Below, piece after piece: positions 1-8,615 of a DNA stretch of 64,000 bases (positions are counted from its first letter, which is position 1; each line of letters starts with the position of its first letter). The translations under genes and the position numbers were made by a program. The notes under the pieces were generated by a model, which was not told the origin of the DNA, ran no database searches, and saw only the letters and a list, made by a program, of their open reading frames with translations. The stretch is taken from IMG/VR virus record IMGVR_UViG_3300017987_000001, positions 1 to 64,000 of that record; one strand, 5' to 3'.

Positions 1-28
1 AGCATAAGCACGATCTGCAGTCGTGCGC

Positions 29-319
29 CTAGTCGTTCGGCCACCGACCCTCTTGAATCTCCTTCCAGTCCTTCTCGGACTGTTCCATGTCGATGATCTC
101 GCGGAGGAAGAACTTCCCCATCCACGACAGGATCGACAGTACGACTGCCACGGCCGCGACGAGCAAGAGTGCAGCAAGCGCGCGAATCTGGCCATACGGC
201 TCCGGCCACAGCTCATACCACGCGAACAGCCATCCCACCGTCACCGCCCCGGCCCAGCTGCAGATGCGCTCCGTCCGTTGCAACTTCTGCAGCCACCAGT
301 GCGGATCGGCCACAGGCAC
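29..319 (-). CDS. small membrane protein (2 TM)
   Basis: GTG start after GAAAGGA SD, directly downstream of tRNA; two hydrophobic segments. Confidence 0.6.
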   Translation of the reverse strand: MPVADPHWWLQKLQRTERICSWAGAVTVGWLFAWYELWPEPYGQIRALAALLLVAAVAVVLSILSWMGKFFLREIIDMEQSEKDWKEIQEGRWPND

Positions 320-326
320 TCCTTTC

Positions 327-404
327 TGGTAGGGAGGAAGGGACTTGAACCCCCAACCTGCGGATTATGATTCCGCCGCTCTGTACCAGTTGAGCTACCT
401 CCCC
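327..404 (-). tRNA. tRNA with CAT anticodon (elongator Met or Ile2)
   Basis: Cloverleaf: acceptor GGGGAGG/CCTCCCT, anticodon arm GCGGA-ATCATAA-TCCGC, T-loop TTCAAGT, encoded CCA. Confidence 0.9.
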
Positions 405-405
405 A

Positions 406-479
406 TGGCGGGCCAGCGAGGATTCGAACCCCGAAAGGTGGATTTGGAATCCACTGGTTTACCGTTAGCCTACTGACCC
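406..479 (-). tRNA. tRNA-Trp(CCA)
   Basis: Anticodon arm GTGGA-TTCCAAA-TCCAC, T-loop TTCGAAT, acceptor GGGTCAG/CTGGCCC, G73, CCA. Confidence 0.93.
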
Positions 480-535
480 GACCTTCTCAAATTACGCGTG
501 AACCACCGTTCCAGCCAACCGCGTTGGCGGCGGGA

Positions 536-775
536 CTAATAGTCCTCCGCGTCGTCTTCCTTCTCCTGACTTGCGAGCCTCATCTGATTCACCTTGTTCG
601 TCGCGCGAAGCTCGGTGATCGTGTGCTTCTTCTGGCAGTCCGGGCACACGGTCGTGCAGTCATACTGCAGCCAGCCCTTCGGCGTGCGTCGGCCGCCACT
701 GTACGACTGCTCGTGCTCGTGAACCTCTTCCTTCTTGCAGAAGTCGCACTTGATCTTCGTCGAGACGATATGCAT
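536..775 (-). CDS. small zinc-ribbon protein
   Basis: ATG after GAAAGGA SD; CDFC...CPDC. Confidence 0.6.
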   Translation of the reverse strand: MHIVSTKIKCDFCKKEEVHEHEQSYSGGRRTPKGWLQYDCTTVCPDCQKKHTITELRATNKVNQMRLASQEKEDDAEDY

Positions 776-789
776 CTCGTTCCTTTCGA

Positions 790-876
790 TGGCGGAGGGA
801 GCGGGACTCGAACCCGCGAGGGCTGTTAACCCCACCCGCCTTCCAAGCGGGCGCCTTGCCGCTAGACTACCCCTCC
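790..876 (-). tRNA. tRNA-Ser(GGA)
   Basis: Anticodon arm CCCGC-TTGGAAG-GCGGG, long variable arm, TTCGAGT T-loop, G73, CCA. Confidence 0.93.
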
Positions 877-1079
877 ACTCTCAGCTCCTTGATGATCTGG
901 AGATGCTGGTCCACGCTGTACGCTCCAGCATCCGCCAGTCTCTTCGCCACCTTCTCCATAAAGGCCCGCGTATGCGGTCCTTTGAATCGGCTCGGGCACG
1001 CTTCGAGCGACTTCTCGTATACAAGCCCACACGCCAGACATCTCACCATGTTGTGAACTCGCATTTGGGTCGCTATCAC
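867..1079 (-). CDS. small hypothetical protein; stop codon lies inside the 5' end of tRNA-Ser(GGA)
   Basis: GGAGG SD, GTGA coupling with upstream ORF, CLAC motif. Confidence 0.55.
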   Translation of the reverse strand: MIATQMRVHNMVRCLACGLVYEKSLEACPSRFKGPHTRAFMEKVAKRLADAGAYSVDQHLQIIKELRVEG

Positions 1080-1420
1080 GCCTCCTGAACCTCAAGCTCC
1101 AGCTCGAATTTCTCACGTCCTGTTGCCGAGATCTTCCTCGGTTCGCGCTTCTGCTTCAGCGAGCGCCACTTCGAAATGTCGTGCTTGAAGAAGCCCAACG
1201 ACGTCTGCGAAGTGCCGAGCGTTCCGTCTTCCTTCACGAAACGATACATGAACGACGTATGATGTCCCGGTCGTTGCGCCACGCCCACCACCTGTACGAG
1301 GCGCGGATACAATCCGTTGGGCGGCGCGTAGATGTAGCGCTGTCCGATATCGATCAGCTCGTCCGGAATGTACGGCATCGCTTTCACGAGAATCGACAGC
1401 TGCCGTGACGTAAGTACCAA
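1076..1420 (-). CDS. hypothetical protein
   Basis: TTG start after GAAAGGAG SD just downstream of tRNA-Ser(TGA). Confidence 0.55.
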   Translation of the reverse strand: MVLTSRQLSILVKAMPYIPDELIDIGQRYIYAPPNGLYPRLVQVVGVAQRPGHHTSFMYRFVKEDGTLGTSQTSLGFFKHDISKWRSLKQKREPRKISATGREKFELELEVQEA

Positions 1421-1433
1421 GCTTCTCCTTTCG

Positions 1434-1521
1434 TGGCGGCAGGCGGAGGACACGATCCCCACACCCGTAGGTGCCATCGGCTTTCAAAACCGCGCCGGTA
1501 CGCCTGTCCGGTTCACCTGCC
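1434..1521 (-). tRNA. tRNA-Ser(TGA), atypical T-loop
   Basis: Acceptor GGCAGGT/GCCTGCC, anticodon loop TTTGAAA, long variable arm, T-loop ATCGTGT, G73, CCA. Confidence 0.8.
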
Positions 1522-1523
1522 TG

Positions 1524-1610
1524 TGGCGGCGAGCGAGGGATTCGAACCCCCAAGAGTGATTAGCTCCACCCGCATTCGAAACGGGCGCCTTACCGTTAGA
1601 CTAGCTCGCC
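1524..1610 (-). tRNA. tRNA-Ser(CGA)
   Basis: Anticodon arm CCCGT-TTCGAAT-GCGGG, long variable arm, canonical T arm, CCA. Confidence 0.92.
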
Positions 1611-1703
1611 AATCCTGACGACTATGTACATCATCACATGGATTCCGATCCAGATCATCGGGATCCAGAACTCTCCGGCCTCCCTCAGTTCGTCGTCGGT
1701 CAT
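1596..1703 (-). CDS. 35-aa single-TM peptide; stop inside tRNA-Ser(CGA)
   Basis: MTDDELREAGEFWIPMIWIGIHVMMYIVVRIGELV, GAGGAG SD. Confidence 0.4.
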   Translation of the reverse strand: MTDDELREAGEFWIPMIWIGIHVMMYIVVRIGELV

Positions 1704-1715
1704 GTGTCTCTCCTC

Positions 1716-1789
1716 TCCGGGCGGCGGGACTTGAACCCACAACCGGCGGATTAAAAATCCGCTGCTCTCCCAATTGAGCGTACGCCCGG
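1716..1789 (-). tRNA. tRNA-Lys(TTT), CCA not encoded
   Basis: Acceptor CCGGGCG/CGCCCGG, anticodon arm GCGGA-TTTTTAA-TCCGC, TTCAAGT T-loop. Confidence 0.88.
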
Positions 1790-2053
1790 TTACGCCTCTG
1801 CGTCTGCCACCGCCATCTCGGCGCGACTCGCTGCGGCCATCGCGTCGTCGAGCGAGGTTGCGGCGTCATCACTCAGGTCGGCCATGCGCTTGAGCTTACT
1901 CTTGAGTGTCTCTGCCGCCTCAAGCTTCTCGCGCATCTCGCCGATCTTCTCCTCCAGTTGTGCCACTGCGTCTTCTGCGTCCGCCGCGATCTCCTGCGCC
2001 CGATCGAGCGCGGTATTGAGATCCGTCGTATCGAAGTCGATGTTGATCTGCAT
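1790..2053 (-). CDS. small coiled-coil protein
   Basis: MQINIDF start with GAGGA SD; A/E/K heptads. Confidence 0.65.
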   Translation of the reverse strand: MQINIDFDTTDLNTALDRAQEIAADAEDAVAQLEEKIGEMREKLEAAETLKSKLKRMADLSDDAATSLDDAMAAASRAEMAVADAEA

Positions 2054-2065
2054 CAATTCCTCTCG

Positions 2066-2155
2066 TGGCGGAGAGCCGGGGACTTGAACCCCGAAGCCAT
2101 CAAAGATGACCGGCAGATTAGCAATCTGCTGCCTTACCAATTAGGCAAGCTCTCC
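2066..2155 (-). tRNA. tRNA-Ser(GCT)
   Basis: Anticodon arm GCAGA-TTGCTAA-TCTGC, long variable arm, TTCAAGT, G73, CCA. Confidence 0.93.
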
Positions 2156-2196
2156 GCAGTGCTGTATGGGTATGCTGTAGCTGGTAGGTGTGGGCT

Positions 2197-2292
2197 GGTT
2201 AGCTGGTAGCCGGATTGTCCGGCCGTCGGTCCCGGGGGCACGGGAGACAGGGGAAATGTCTAGCGCCGCGTGCGCTACGTGCCCAGCTAACC
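2197..2292 (-). ncRNA. candidate multi-branched structured RNA upstream of the tRNA cluster
   Basis: 10-bp closing stem GGTTAGCTGG/CCAGCTAACC enclosing GCACG/CGTGC, TAGCGC/GCGCTA, GACA/TGTC and GCCGGA/TCCGGC helices; intergenic. Confidence 0.45.
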
Positions 2293-2307
2293 CCCCAACA
2301 AGTGACC

Positions 2308-2640
2308 CTACGCGAGCGAAACAGCAAGACCCAGTGCAGCTTTGAGGAGATCCGTCTTATACGTTCTCCTCGCTTCGTACGCGCGCTTCACGGCTTGACG
2401 CGCGTCCTTCAGGATCTGGGACGACAAGCTGTCCCGCTCGGATTCTGACATATGCTCGTAGAGCGTCCGATCGACACGGGACCAATCCTGCGACCCCATA
2501 GCCTCGACGACCTGATTGAAGGCCGTGGTACCGCACCGCTTCATGGCGGGCAGGTACGGGGCGATCGAGTCGACGATCGCCTTGACTTCTGGGTTCATGG
2601 ATTCGGTAATTGCGCCGAGCAGTTCGTTACTGACTGTCAT
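2308..2640 (-). CDS. hypothetical protein with C-terminal hydrophobic tail
   Basis: ORF overlapping the upstream lipoprotein gene. Confidence 0.65.
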   Translation of the reverse strand: MTVSNELLGAITESMNPEVKAIVDSIAPYLPAMKRCGTTAFNQVVEAMGSQDWSRVDRTLYEHMSESERDSLSSQILKDARQAVKRAYEARRTYKTDLLKAALGLAVSLA

Positions 2641-2899
2641 CGGCCGGTCCCTCTCGTTCGATCCAACGCCTTAAATTTTCGGTATGGGGTTTCAGGCGCC
2701 GCAACGCGCGAATCGCCTTCTCACCCATACGGCCCTTGTCGACGTCACTTGCTTCCTCGAAGCCTTCCGTCTCGGAGACTCCGGTCTGAACGACGGTATC
2801 GACGAAGTCAATCTCGGTCTTGATTGCTGCCGGGGTGCATCCAATCAGGAATAGCACGAGTCCGGCGCCGAGTACTGCTCGCACGATACCTCCGCTCAT
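2627..2899 (-). CDS. putative lipoprotein
   Basis: Signal peptide with lipobox LIG-C. Confidence 0.65.
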   Translation of the reverse strand: MSGGIVRAVLGAGLVLFLIGCTPAAIKTEIDFVDTVVQTGVSETEGFEEASDVDKGRMGEKAIRALRRLKPHTENLRRWIEREGPADDSQ

Positions 2900-2907
2900 C
2901 TGCCCGG

Positions 2908-2936
2908 ACTATATACAGTTCCGTCGGGGAAAGCAA
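2908..2936 (-). promoter_or_regulatory. sigma70-type promoter for the lipoprotein/tRNA transcript
   Basis: TTGCTT-17 nt-TATAGT, 9 nt before the ATG at 2899 (near-leaderless). Confidence 0.55.
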
Positions 2937-2953
2937 GCCCGTTGTTCAAGAAT

Positions 2954-5056
2954 TTACAGCCGGATGATGTGATCGAACACGGGAATAAGCTCCTCCCGGT
3001 GTGTGATCACAATCAGCTGCAGCCCCGCATTGAGCACGTACGAACGCACGGTGCTCAGCATGTCCGCGATAACGCCCACGTGATGACCGTCAAGCCACGG
3101 AGTTGGCTCGTCGAGTATGACGAACCCCAGTTTGGACGCGAACAGGTTGTAGATCGCGAAACGGAACGCGATGCTCAACATGATCCGCTGACCGCCGCTC
3201 AAGCGTCCTGCAGGCTTGTCGGGGAATCCATCGATCCGACAGATCACGTCCATCTCGTCAGTGATCGCGCACGAGAATGGAACGTTGAAGATCTGCAGGT
3301 ACTTGTCCAGCTCCGCATTGAGCGCCGACAGGTACTGCCGCATCACATACTGCGGAAGCACGTCGCGATGAAGCACTTCACGCGCTTTGACGCACAGTCC
3401 CTTGTACGTGCGCTTGGCCTCCATGGACCCCGCCTGCTGCTTCAGTCCTTCCAGCTCAGCGAGAATGCGCATGCGTGTGGTGTGCAGTTGTTGAAGCTGC
3501 CCGTCGATGCCGGAGACCTCCATCTGCGACTGGATGCGCGCCTGCAGTGTTGACAAGACCGCGTTGTAGCGTCCTTCACTGCACGGCGCCTCAAAATTGA
3601 GTTCAGCCAGCTGACTGTCGACGCTGGCGAGGAGCGCTCGATCGCGTGCGTCGTGCTCACGATGCTCTGCCAGCTGCTTGTCAATCTGCGCCAACTCAGC
3701 CGACACAACATCGTGCCGCTGAATGAGCGTATTCAGCTCCGCCTCATTGACGTCGGGGATCTCACGCCCCTCGTCCTTCGCCACCTCTTCCTGCAACCGC
3801 GCAAGCTGATTGGAGGCTTCGGTGTGCCGCTCGTGCCAGCGCGCTCGCGCTGCGTCGTAGGTTTCGAGCAGCTTCACGCTGTTGGCGATGATCTGCTCTA
3901 CATCCGCCAGCTTACTCGGCTGCGTGAGCAGGTAGGCATGCGCTTCGGAAACGCGCTCGTTCGTGAACTGCAGCGTCTGTCCGCACAGCTCGCACGGCCC
4001 GGTCTTGCCTTGCGTGAAGAGTTCAAGGTAGCGCTGAGTGCGTTCGATCTGCTCCCGCTCGACCGCAACCTGCCGACGTCCTTCGTTGACCTGATCCCAG
4101 CTGACCGGCGGTGCGGTCGGTGCTTCTTCAGCCATGACAGCCTGACAGCGCTCCAGCTCCCGACGAAGGTGTGCGCGCGCACCAGCAGATGCGAGTGCGA
4201 CGTTCGACTGGTCGATCTGCTTGCGCATCTCTTCGTACTGGTGCCGTAACTCAACGCCACGGGTCTCAACGGCCTCTATATCGCCGCGCGCGTGAATGGC
4301 TGTTCTGAGCTTCTCCTGCTGCGCGACCAGATCCGTGCGCCGATTCAGATCAGCTACGTATTGCTCGTAGCGCTTGCGCAAGCTCTCCAGCTCTTCCTGA
4401 TCTTCCGCAGCAAGGAACGCTTCGTGCTTCGCGCGACTATCGTTCAGCTCACGAAGCTGTGGATCGATTTCCTCGTCGAGCTGCTTCTGTAGTTCCTTGA
4501 TCCGATCGTCCGTCGGATCGGTGGTAATGAGCGCGGCTTCCTGATGCAGCAGCTGCCGAAGCTTCTCGACATTCTCGATGCCGAACAGCCCCTGCAGCTT
4601 CTTCGCCCGCTCGGAGGGTCTCTCGAAGAGTATCTCTTCAAGCTTGCCCTGCATCACGAAGATGATGCTCTCCATCACCCTCTTGCTTACGGTGCTGATG
4701 TCCAGCACACGCGCCGTTACTGGGTTCGCGCCGGTGAGCGCCTTGCCGGACCCGAACTTCAGCGACGTGCGCGTGGTGTTGACCGCGCGCTTGATCGTGC
4801 CGGGCTGCCCGGCCACGTCGAACTCCAGCTCCACGAAGCCGGGTTCTCCGTCGGCAGCCGCCTGCCAGTTCAGGTCTTCGACCTTTGCGCCTTCGTTGCC
4901 AGACTCGCCGATGTACGCGAACCGCATCCCTTTGATGAGGTTCGACTTTCCACGGCCGTTCCCGCCGAGAATCCCAATAACCTTTCCCGGCGGGAACTCA
5001 ACCGTGAGATCGGCATGCTGACAGAAGTTATAAAGATGCAACTTCCTGTTCTGCAT
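2954..5056 (-). CDS. sbcC: SbcC/Rad50-like SMC ATPase (gp46-like)
   Basis: Walker A GGNGRGKS, coiled coils, CELC zinc hook, LSGGQ signature, VILDEPT Walker B, ITH. Confidence 0.93.
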   Translation of the reverse strand: MQNRKLHLYNFCQHADLTVEFPPGKVIGILGGNGRGKSNLIKGMRFAYIGESGNEGAKVEDLNWQAAADGEPGFVELEFDVAGQPGTIKRAVNTTRTSLKFGSGKALTGANPVTARVLDISTVSKRVMESIIFVMQGKLEEILFERPSERAKKLQGLFGIENVEKLRQLLHQEAALITTDPTDDRIKELQKQLDEEIDPQLRELNDSRAKHEAFLAAEDQEELESLRKRYEQYVADLNRRTDLVAQQEKLRTAIHARGDIEAVETRGVELRHQYEEMRKQIDQSNVALASAGARAHLRRELERCQAVMAEEAPTAPPVSWDQVNEGRRQVAVEREQIERTQRYLELFTQGKTGPCELCGQTLQFTNERVSEAHAYLLTQPSKLADVEQIIANSVKLLETYDAARARWHERHTEASNQLARLQEEVAKDEGREIPDVNEAELNTLIQRHDVVSAELAQIDKQLAEHREHDARDRALLASVDSQLAELNFEAPCSEGRYNAVLSTLQARIQSQMEVSGIDGQLQQLHTTRMRILAELEGLKQQAGSMEAKRTYKGLCVKAREVLHRDVLPQYVMRQYLSALNAELDKYLQIFNVPFSCAITDEMDVICRIDGFPDKPAGRLSGGQRIMLSIAFRFAIYNLFASKLGFVILDEPTPWLDGHHVGVIADMLSTVRSYVLNAGLQLIVITHREELIPVFDHIIRL

Positions 5057-5068
5057 GCCCTGCTCCTT

Positions 5069-5851
5069 CTAGCACGATACGGAATTCAGCAGGTACGTGA
5101 GCAACGCCTTCGCGTACAGCCTCCGGCGGCCCTTGACCAGCTCCTTGGTGGCATCGTCGGCGTCGTCGGGGATGACCAGCATCGCCCGGCCGACCCACGG
5201 GAAGCCGCTGAGGACCATGTTGTTGCCGCGCACGATCCCGCTCATGCGTCCGGTGAGCCCGTCGCCGCGCCAGATGAACGCGACCTTGATGCCGCTCGGC
5301 TCCGGCACGTCGACGCCGTTCAGCAGCTCGAACGCGATGCTCGACGGTGCCGACATCGTCGACGCTGACACCGGAAGCACCTCGCGGATGAAGCAGTCGA
5401 CCCACGCCGTGAACTTCTTGGTGCTGGTGTAGACGTCTTCATGGTTGTTCCGGTTGATGTGGTTGGCCGCCGCCGTCATGTACTTGGTGACGATCTCGTC
5501 GAACGCCGCCAGCACGCCCTCGTTGATCGACTGCGAGAGTTCCGCGCTGTAATTCTCGTGGAGGCGCTCGTACATCCATTCGTTCGCTTGGGCCATCTTC
5601 ACGGCGCCCTCGCCGAACTTCTCGATGAGGAGCTTATCGACCTCGGCGCGAATGATCTTCTTGCGCGTACCGGCCGGAAGGAGATTCTGCGCCGTGTGAT
5701 TCAGCGCACCGATCCCTTCGTTGATCTGCTCCTCGATCGCGTCCAAGGTCGCGGTTGCCGGATCGATCGGCGGCGCCTCGGTCGTCTGATTCTGTGGCTG
5801 TTCCTGTTCCGTCTCGGTGCCGCTCGGAGCGGCGAATCCTGCTTCTGCCAT
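5069..5851 (-). CDS. hypothetical protein (N-terminal AGFAAP motif)
   Basis: 260-aa ORF with phage-like codon usage, located between sbcD and sbcC. Confidence 0.75.
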   Translation of the reverse strand: MAEAGFAAPSGTETEQEQPQNQTTEAPPIDPATATLDAIEEQINEGIGALNHTAQNLLPAGTRKKIIRAEVDKLLIEKFGEGAVKMAQANEWMYERLHENYSAELSQSINEGVLAAFDEIVTKYMTAAANHINRNNHEDVYTSTKKFTAWVDCFIREVLPVSASTMSAPSSIAFELLNGVDVPEPSGIKVAFIWRGDGLTGRMSGIVRGNNMVLSGFPWVGRAMLVIPDDADDATKELVKGRRRLYAKALLTYLLNSVSC

Positions 5852-5878
5852 AGGGCTTTCCAGTCCTCCTGTAAGGGC

Positions 5879-6133
5879 CTACAGACGACTCAAGGCATCA
5901 CCAACGTTCGCGGCACGCGTGTCCGCACGCGCGCGAGCATCGCGAAAGTCGGCAACCGTTGCGCGATGACGGCAGTTGACGCACTTGCAGCTCGCGTCGA
6001 TGTCGATGGTCACGTTCTGGTACTCGTAGACCGAGCCATTATCCAAGTACAGCTGGGCATGACCCTCGACCAAGAAGCGCCGGTTGTGCCCACACTTGGG
6101 GCACTGCAGGCGCGGCAGACTGTTGAGATCCAT
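5879..6133 (-). CDS. zinc-ribbon protein with C-terminal GDALSRL motif
   Basis: CPKC...CVNC; GAGAGGA SD. Confidence 0.7.
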   Translation of the reverse strand: MDLNSLPRLQCPKCGHNRRFLVEGHAQLYLDNGSVYEYQNVTIDIDASCKCVNCRHRATVADFRDARARADTRAANVGDALSRL

Positions 6134-6143
6134 CAGAGTCCTC

Positions 6144-7193
6144 TCAGCTTGTGATACCCATCTCGTTCTTGACTGCTGCAAGTTCCTCCGCTGCGTCTGC
6201 CGCGCGAAGGGTTCGCAGAAGGAACGAGTACAGCTCCGGTGTCTCTTCACGATTCACCACGCGCCCAAGGCACTGCTCAAGCCCAACCTCGAACTCCGTG
6301 GGTTTGTCGAGCTTGGCATCATCCCTCAGTACGGGCAGGTCGCGGATGCGCAAGTGCACGCTTCGCTCTCGACATGCGTCGCCAAGCCGCTTGTATGCCT
6401 CCGGCACGTCCGGGGACACGCGCGCGAGCATCAACGAATCGACAGCCAGCTCGGTTTCGATCAGCTCGACGGTGGCGTCGAGCGTCTCGGGACTATCGAT
6501 GGTCATGATGCTCGTAGGCCGCCCGTGAATCTTGTGCCGCTTGACGGTCATCTTCTTGCCCGAGTGGTGAACGGAGATGAACGACTTCTGCGGATTCTCC
6601 TTCATCGAGCGAATGTGCGTCGATCCGGAATAGTGGCACTTACCCACGGACGCTTCCACGTGGAGATCGCCAAGCAAAGCGACCTTCACGAAGTCCGGGA
6701 TCCACTCCTCGTCCAGATTCCAAGCACCTTCGATCGACATCACCGACTTCAGCGCCTGATGAAGCATGAGAATGTCGCACTCCTTCAGGGCTTCGAGCTT
6801 CTGCTTCACGTCGTCGGCATGCGTATTGTCGAAGCCGTAGAGCAGGTGATCCTTCCCGTCGAAGTTGAGCGTGATCGGATCGTACCCATCGATCGAACTG
6901 ACCTCCGGCACCAGCTCGAACCACGGAGGGCTGCTGCGATCGTGCTGTCCTTGAATCGCGAGCTTCCGTGTCTTCTTCGGGAGCCGTCCGATCTCGTCCT
7001 TGAATGTCCTAACCGACAAGCTATCCGGCTTGCTCTTGTCGAAGATATCGCCGCCGAGCAGGAGCGCCTCTGCCTTGTTCTTCAGGCAGTAATCGATGAT
7101 CTGATGAAGCGCGTTATACGCGTCGCCGCGCATGTCCGGCAGCTCTGCCCAGATCGTCGGCGACAGGTGGAGGTCGGCAGCGAAGGCGATCAT
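6144..7193 (-). CDS. sbcD: SbcD/Mre11-like metallophosphoesterase nuclease (gp47-like)
   Basis: ADLH, GDIFD, GQHD, LHQ, LGDLH, YSGS motifs; near sbcC. Confidence 0.9.
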   Translation of the reverse strand: MIAFAADLHLSPTIWAELPDMRGDAYNALHQIIDYCLKNKAEALLLGGDIFDKSKPDSLSVRTFKDEIGRLPKKTRKLAIQGQHDRSSPPWFELVPEVSSIDGYDPITLNFDGKDHLLYGFDNTHADDVKQKLEALKECDILMLHQALKSVMSIEGAWNLDEEWIPDFVKVALLGDLHVEASVGKCHYSGSTHIRSMKENPQKSFISVHHSGKKMTVKRHKIHGRPTSIMTIDSPETLDATVELIETELAVDSLMLARVSPDVPEAYKRLGDACRERSVHLRIRDLPVLRDDAKLDKPTEFEVGLEQCLGRVVNREETPELYSFLLRTLRAADAAEELAAVKNEMGITS

Positions 7194-7513
7194 TTCTGAA
7201 ATCCCGACTGATCGTTCTTGGCTACCTCCTCAGCCCGTACTGCGCCGATGGCGTGTCCCACCATGACGCTGTGTGCGTGAATGATGAACGCCGCACACTT
7301 GTCATTGTCTGCCCCGACGGACATGTTCTTCAAGTACGTCTCGACCTCGCGCTTCACCTCGCTGAGGCAGGAGGCGCAGAACTCCAACTCCTCCACATGC
7401 TTGATGTCCTTCTCGTCGTCGAGCAACCTCCCGCAGGAGTCGCACCGCGTAACGGTGACCTTCACCTTCAATACATCTCCTTTCAGTCCAACTTCGCCAG
7501 TCGCCGTCGGCAT
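7190..7513 (-). CDS. hypothetical zinc-binding protein
   Basis: CDSC...CASC; ATGA coupling to sbcD. Confidence 0.6.
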   Translation of the reverse strand: MPTATGEVGLKGDVLKVKVTVTRCDSCGRLLDDEKDIKHVEELEFCASCLSEVKREVETYLKNMSVGADNDKCAAFIIHAHSVMVGHAIGAVRAEEVAKNDQSGFQK

Positions 7514-7686
7514 GTGTCACATACCGCCATCTCGTCGGTGTCAGAGACCTCGACCAGCTCGTAGCAGTATTCACACATGACCCGAATACGGAAGCGACTT
7601 CGTTTTCTCGGTCGCATTTCAAGGGGAATCCGGAACCGACGGCTGGTTTTCAGTTCCGGATCCATCTCTTTCGTGAAGACCGCCAT
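7483..7686 (-). CDS. small zinc-ribbon protein
   Basis: CEYC...CDTC; TGATG coupling. Confidence 0.55.
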   Translation of the reverse strand: MAVFTKEMDPELKTSRRFRIPLEMRPRKRSRFRIRVMCEYCYELVEVSDTDEMAVCDTCRRRLAKLD

Positions 7687-8612
7687 CAGCGAGCCACCAG
7701 CCTCTGGGTTCGCTTACCCGGCGGCGTCTTCACAAGCTTGCGTCCGGCGCGGAAGGCATTCCAGCAGCCGATGCACACGTTGTACATGACTTCGGCTGGA
7801 ACCTGCGTCTTGTTGTTCGAGGCTCCGCGAGAGCCGAGAACCGTTCGATGCAGGTAGTCGGAGAGCACCTTCGCCGGATCGCTCTTGCTGCTGAACAATC
7901 CCTCGATGAGGGTGTTCCAGAACTCGATAGCTTTAGTCTTTGCCGCCTTGACCGTCTCCATCATTGCGGCAACGACCGGGCTGCGCCGCAGGTGATATGC
8001 CTGCTGCGCGTTCAGGTACGCGAGCAACTCCGCCACGGCTCGCCCGATCTCGGGGAACTCGAAGCGCAACGCTTCGTGGACCTTGTCGGCCTTCACACGT
8101 TCGTTGTGGAACTTCCAGTACTTCGCGCCTGCGCAGAGGTACTGGATGACCGACTTCTTGATTCCTTCGTACTCGGGCGTGTCGAACAGCGCCATCTTCG
8201 CGAGATGCGCCGCCGTCCGCACACGGTTCCGGTCGAAGTTCTTGTACAGCTGGCGATACTCGTCCTCGGTGTCGACCCGATACTTCACCACTCGGATCGA
8301 TGGTTGGTACTTCGGGATTTCGAGGTACGACCTCGCCCAGCTGATGTGTTGACCGTTCAGCTTCCGTGCCTTCTTGTCCCATCCACACACGGCGATGGAC
8401 ATAACGGCCTGAGCGGCAAGGAACTGTCCGGTCTCCATGGCGCGCACGAGCGTTCCGACATGCTCGTCGCTGACCTCACGCTCGATGTCACGGAACTCTT
8501 CCAGCGACAGGTAGTAGTCCGCAAGCATCTTGGTGAATGGCTTCCGTTTATCCGATACGATTCGGCTTATCCAATCGATCGGAGCGCCCGGAGCCGCCTG
8601 CTTCTTCGCCAA
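7686..8612 (-). CDS. ParB/DGQHR-like N-terminal domain protein
   Basis: R..V..L..AM..G.F...NGQH motif resembling the ParB/Srx DGQHR core. Confidence 0.55.
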   Translation of the reverse strand: MAKKQAAPGAPIDWISRIVSDKRKPFTKMLADYYLSLEEFRDIEREVSDEHVGTLVRAMETGQFLAAQAVMSIAVCGWDKKARKLNGQHISWARSYLEIPKYQPSIRVVKYRVDTEDEYRQLYKNFDRNRVRTAAHLAKMALFDTPEYEGIKKSVIQYLCAGAKYWKFHNERVKADKVHEALRFEFPEIGRAVAELLAYLNAQQAYHLRRSPVVAAMMETVKAAKTKAIEFWNTLIEGLFSSKSDPAKVLSDYLHRTVLGSRGASNNKTQVPAEVMYNVCIGCWNAFRAGRKLVKTPPGKRTQRLVAR

Positions 8613-8615
8613 GAA

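Noticed and set aside
1434-1521. Selenocysteine or opal-suppressor tRNA (TTCAAA visible on the plus strand)
   Set aside because: The gene is on the minus strand; the loop reads TTTGAAA (anticodon TGA, Ser) and the acceptor stem is 7 bp.
6144-7193. sbcD pseudogene because of GQHD instead of GNHD
   Set aside because: The ORF is intact, the other metal-binding motifs are present and the sbcC partner is complete.
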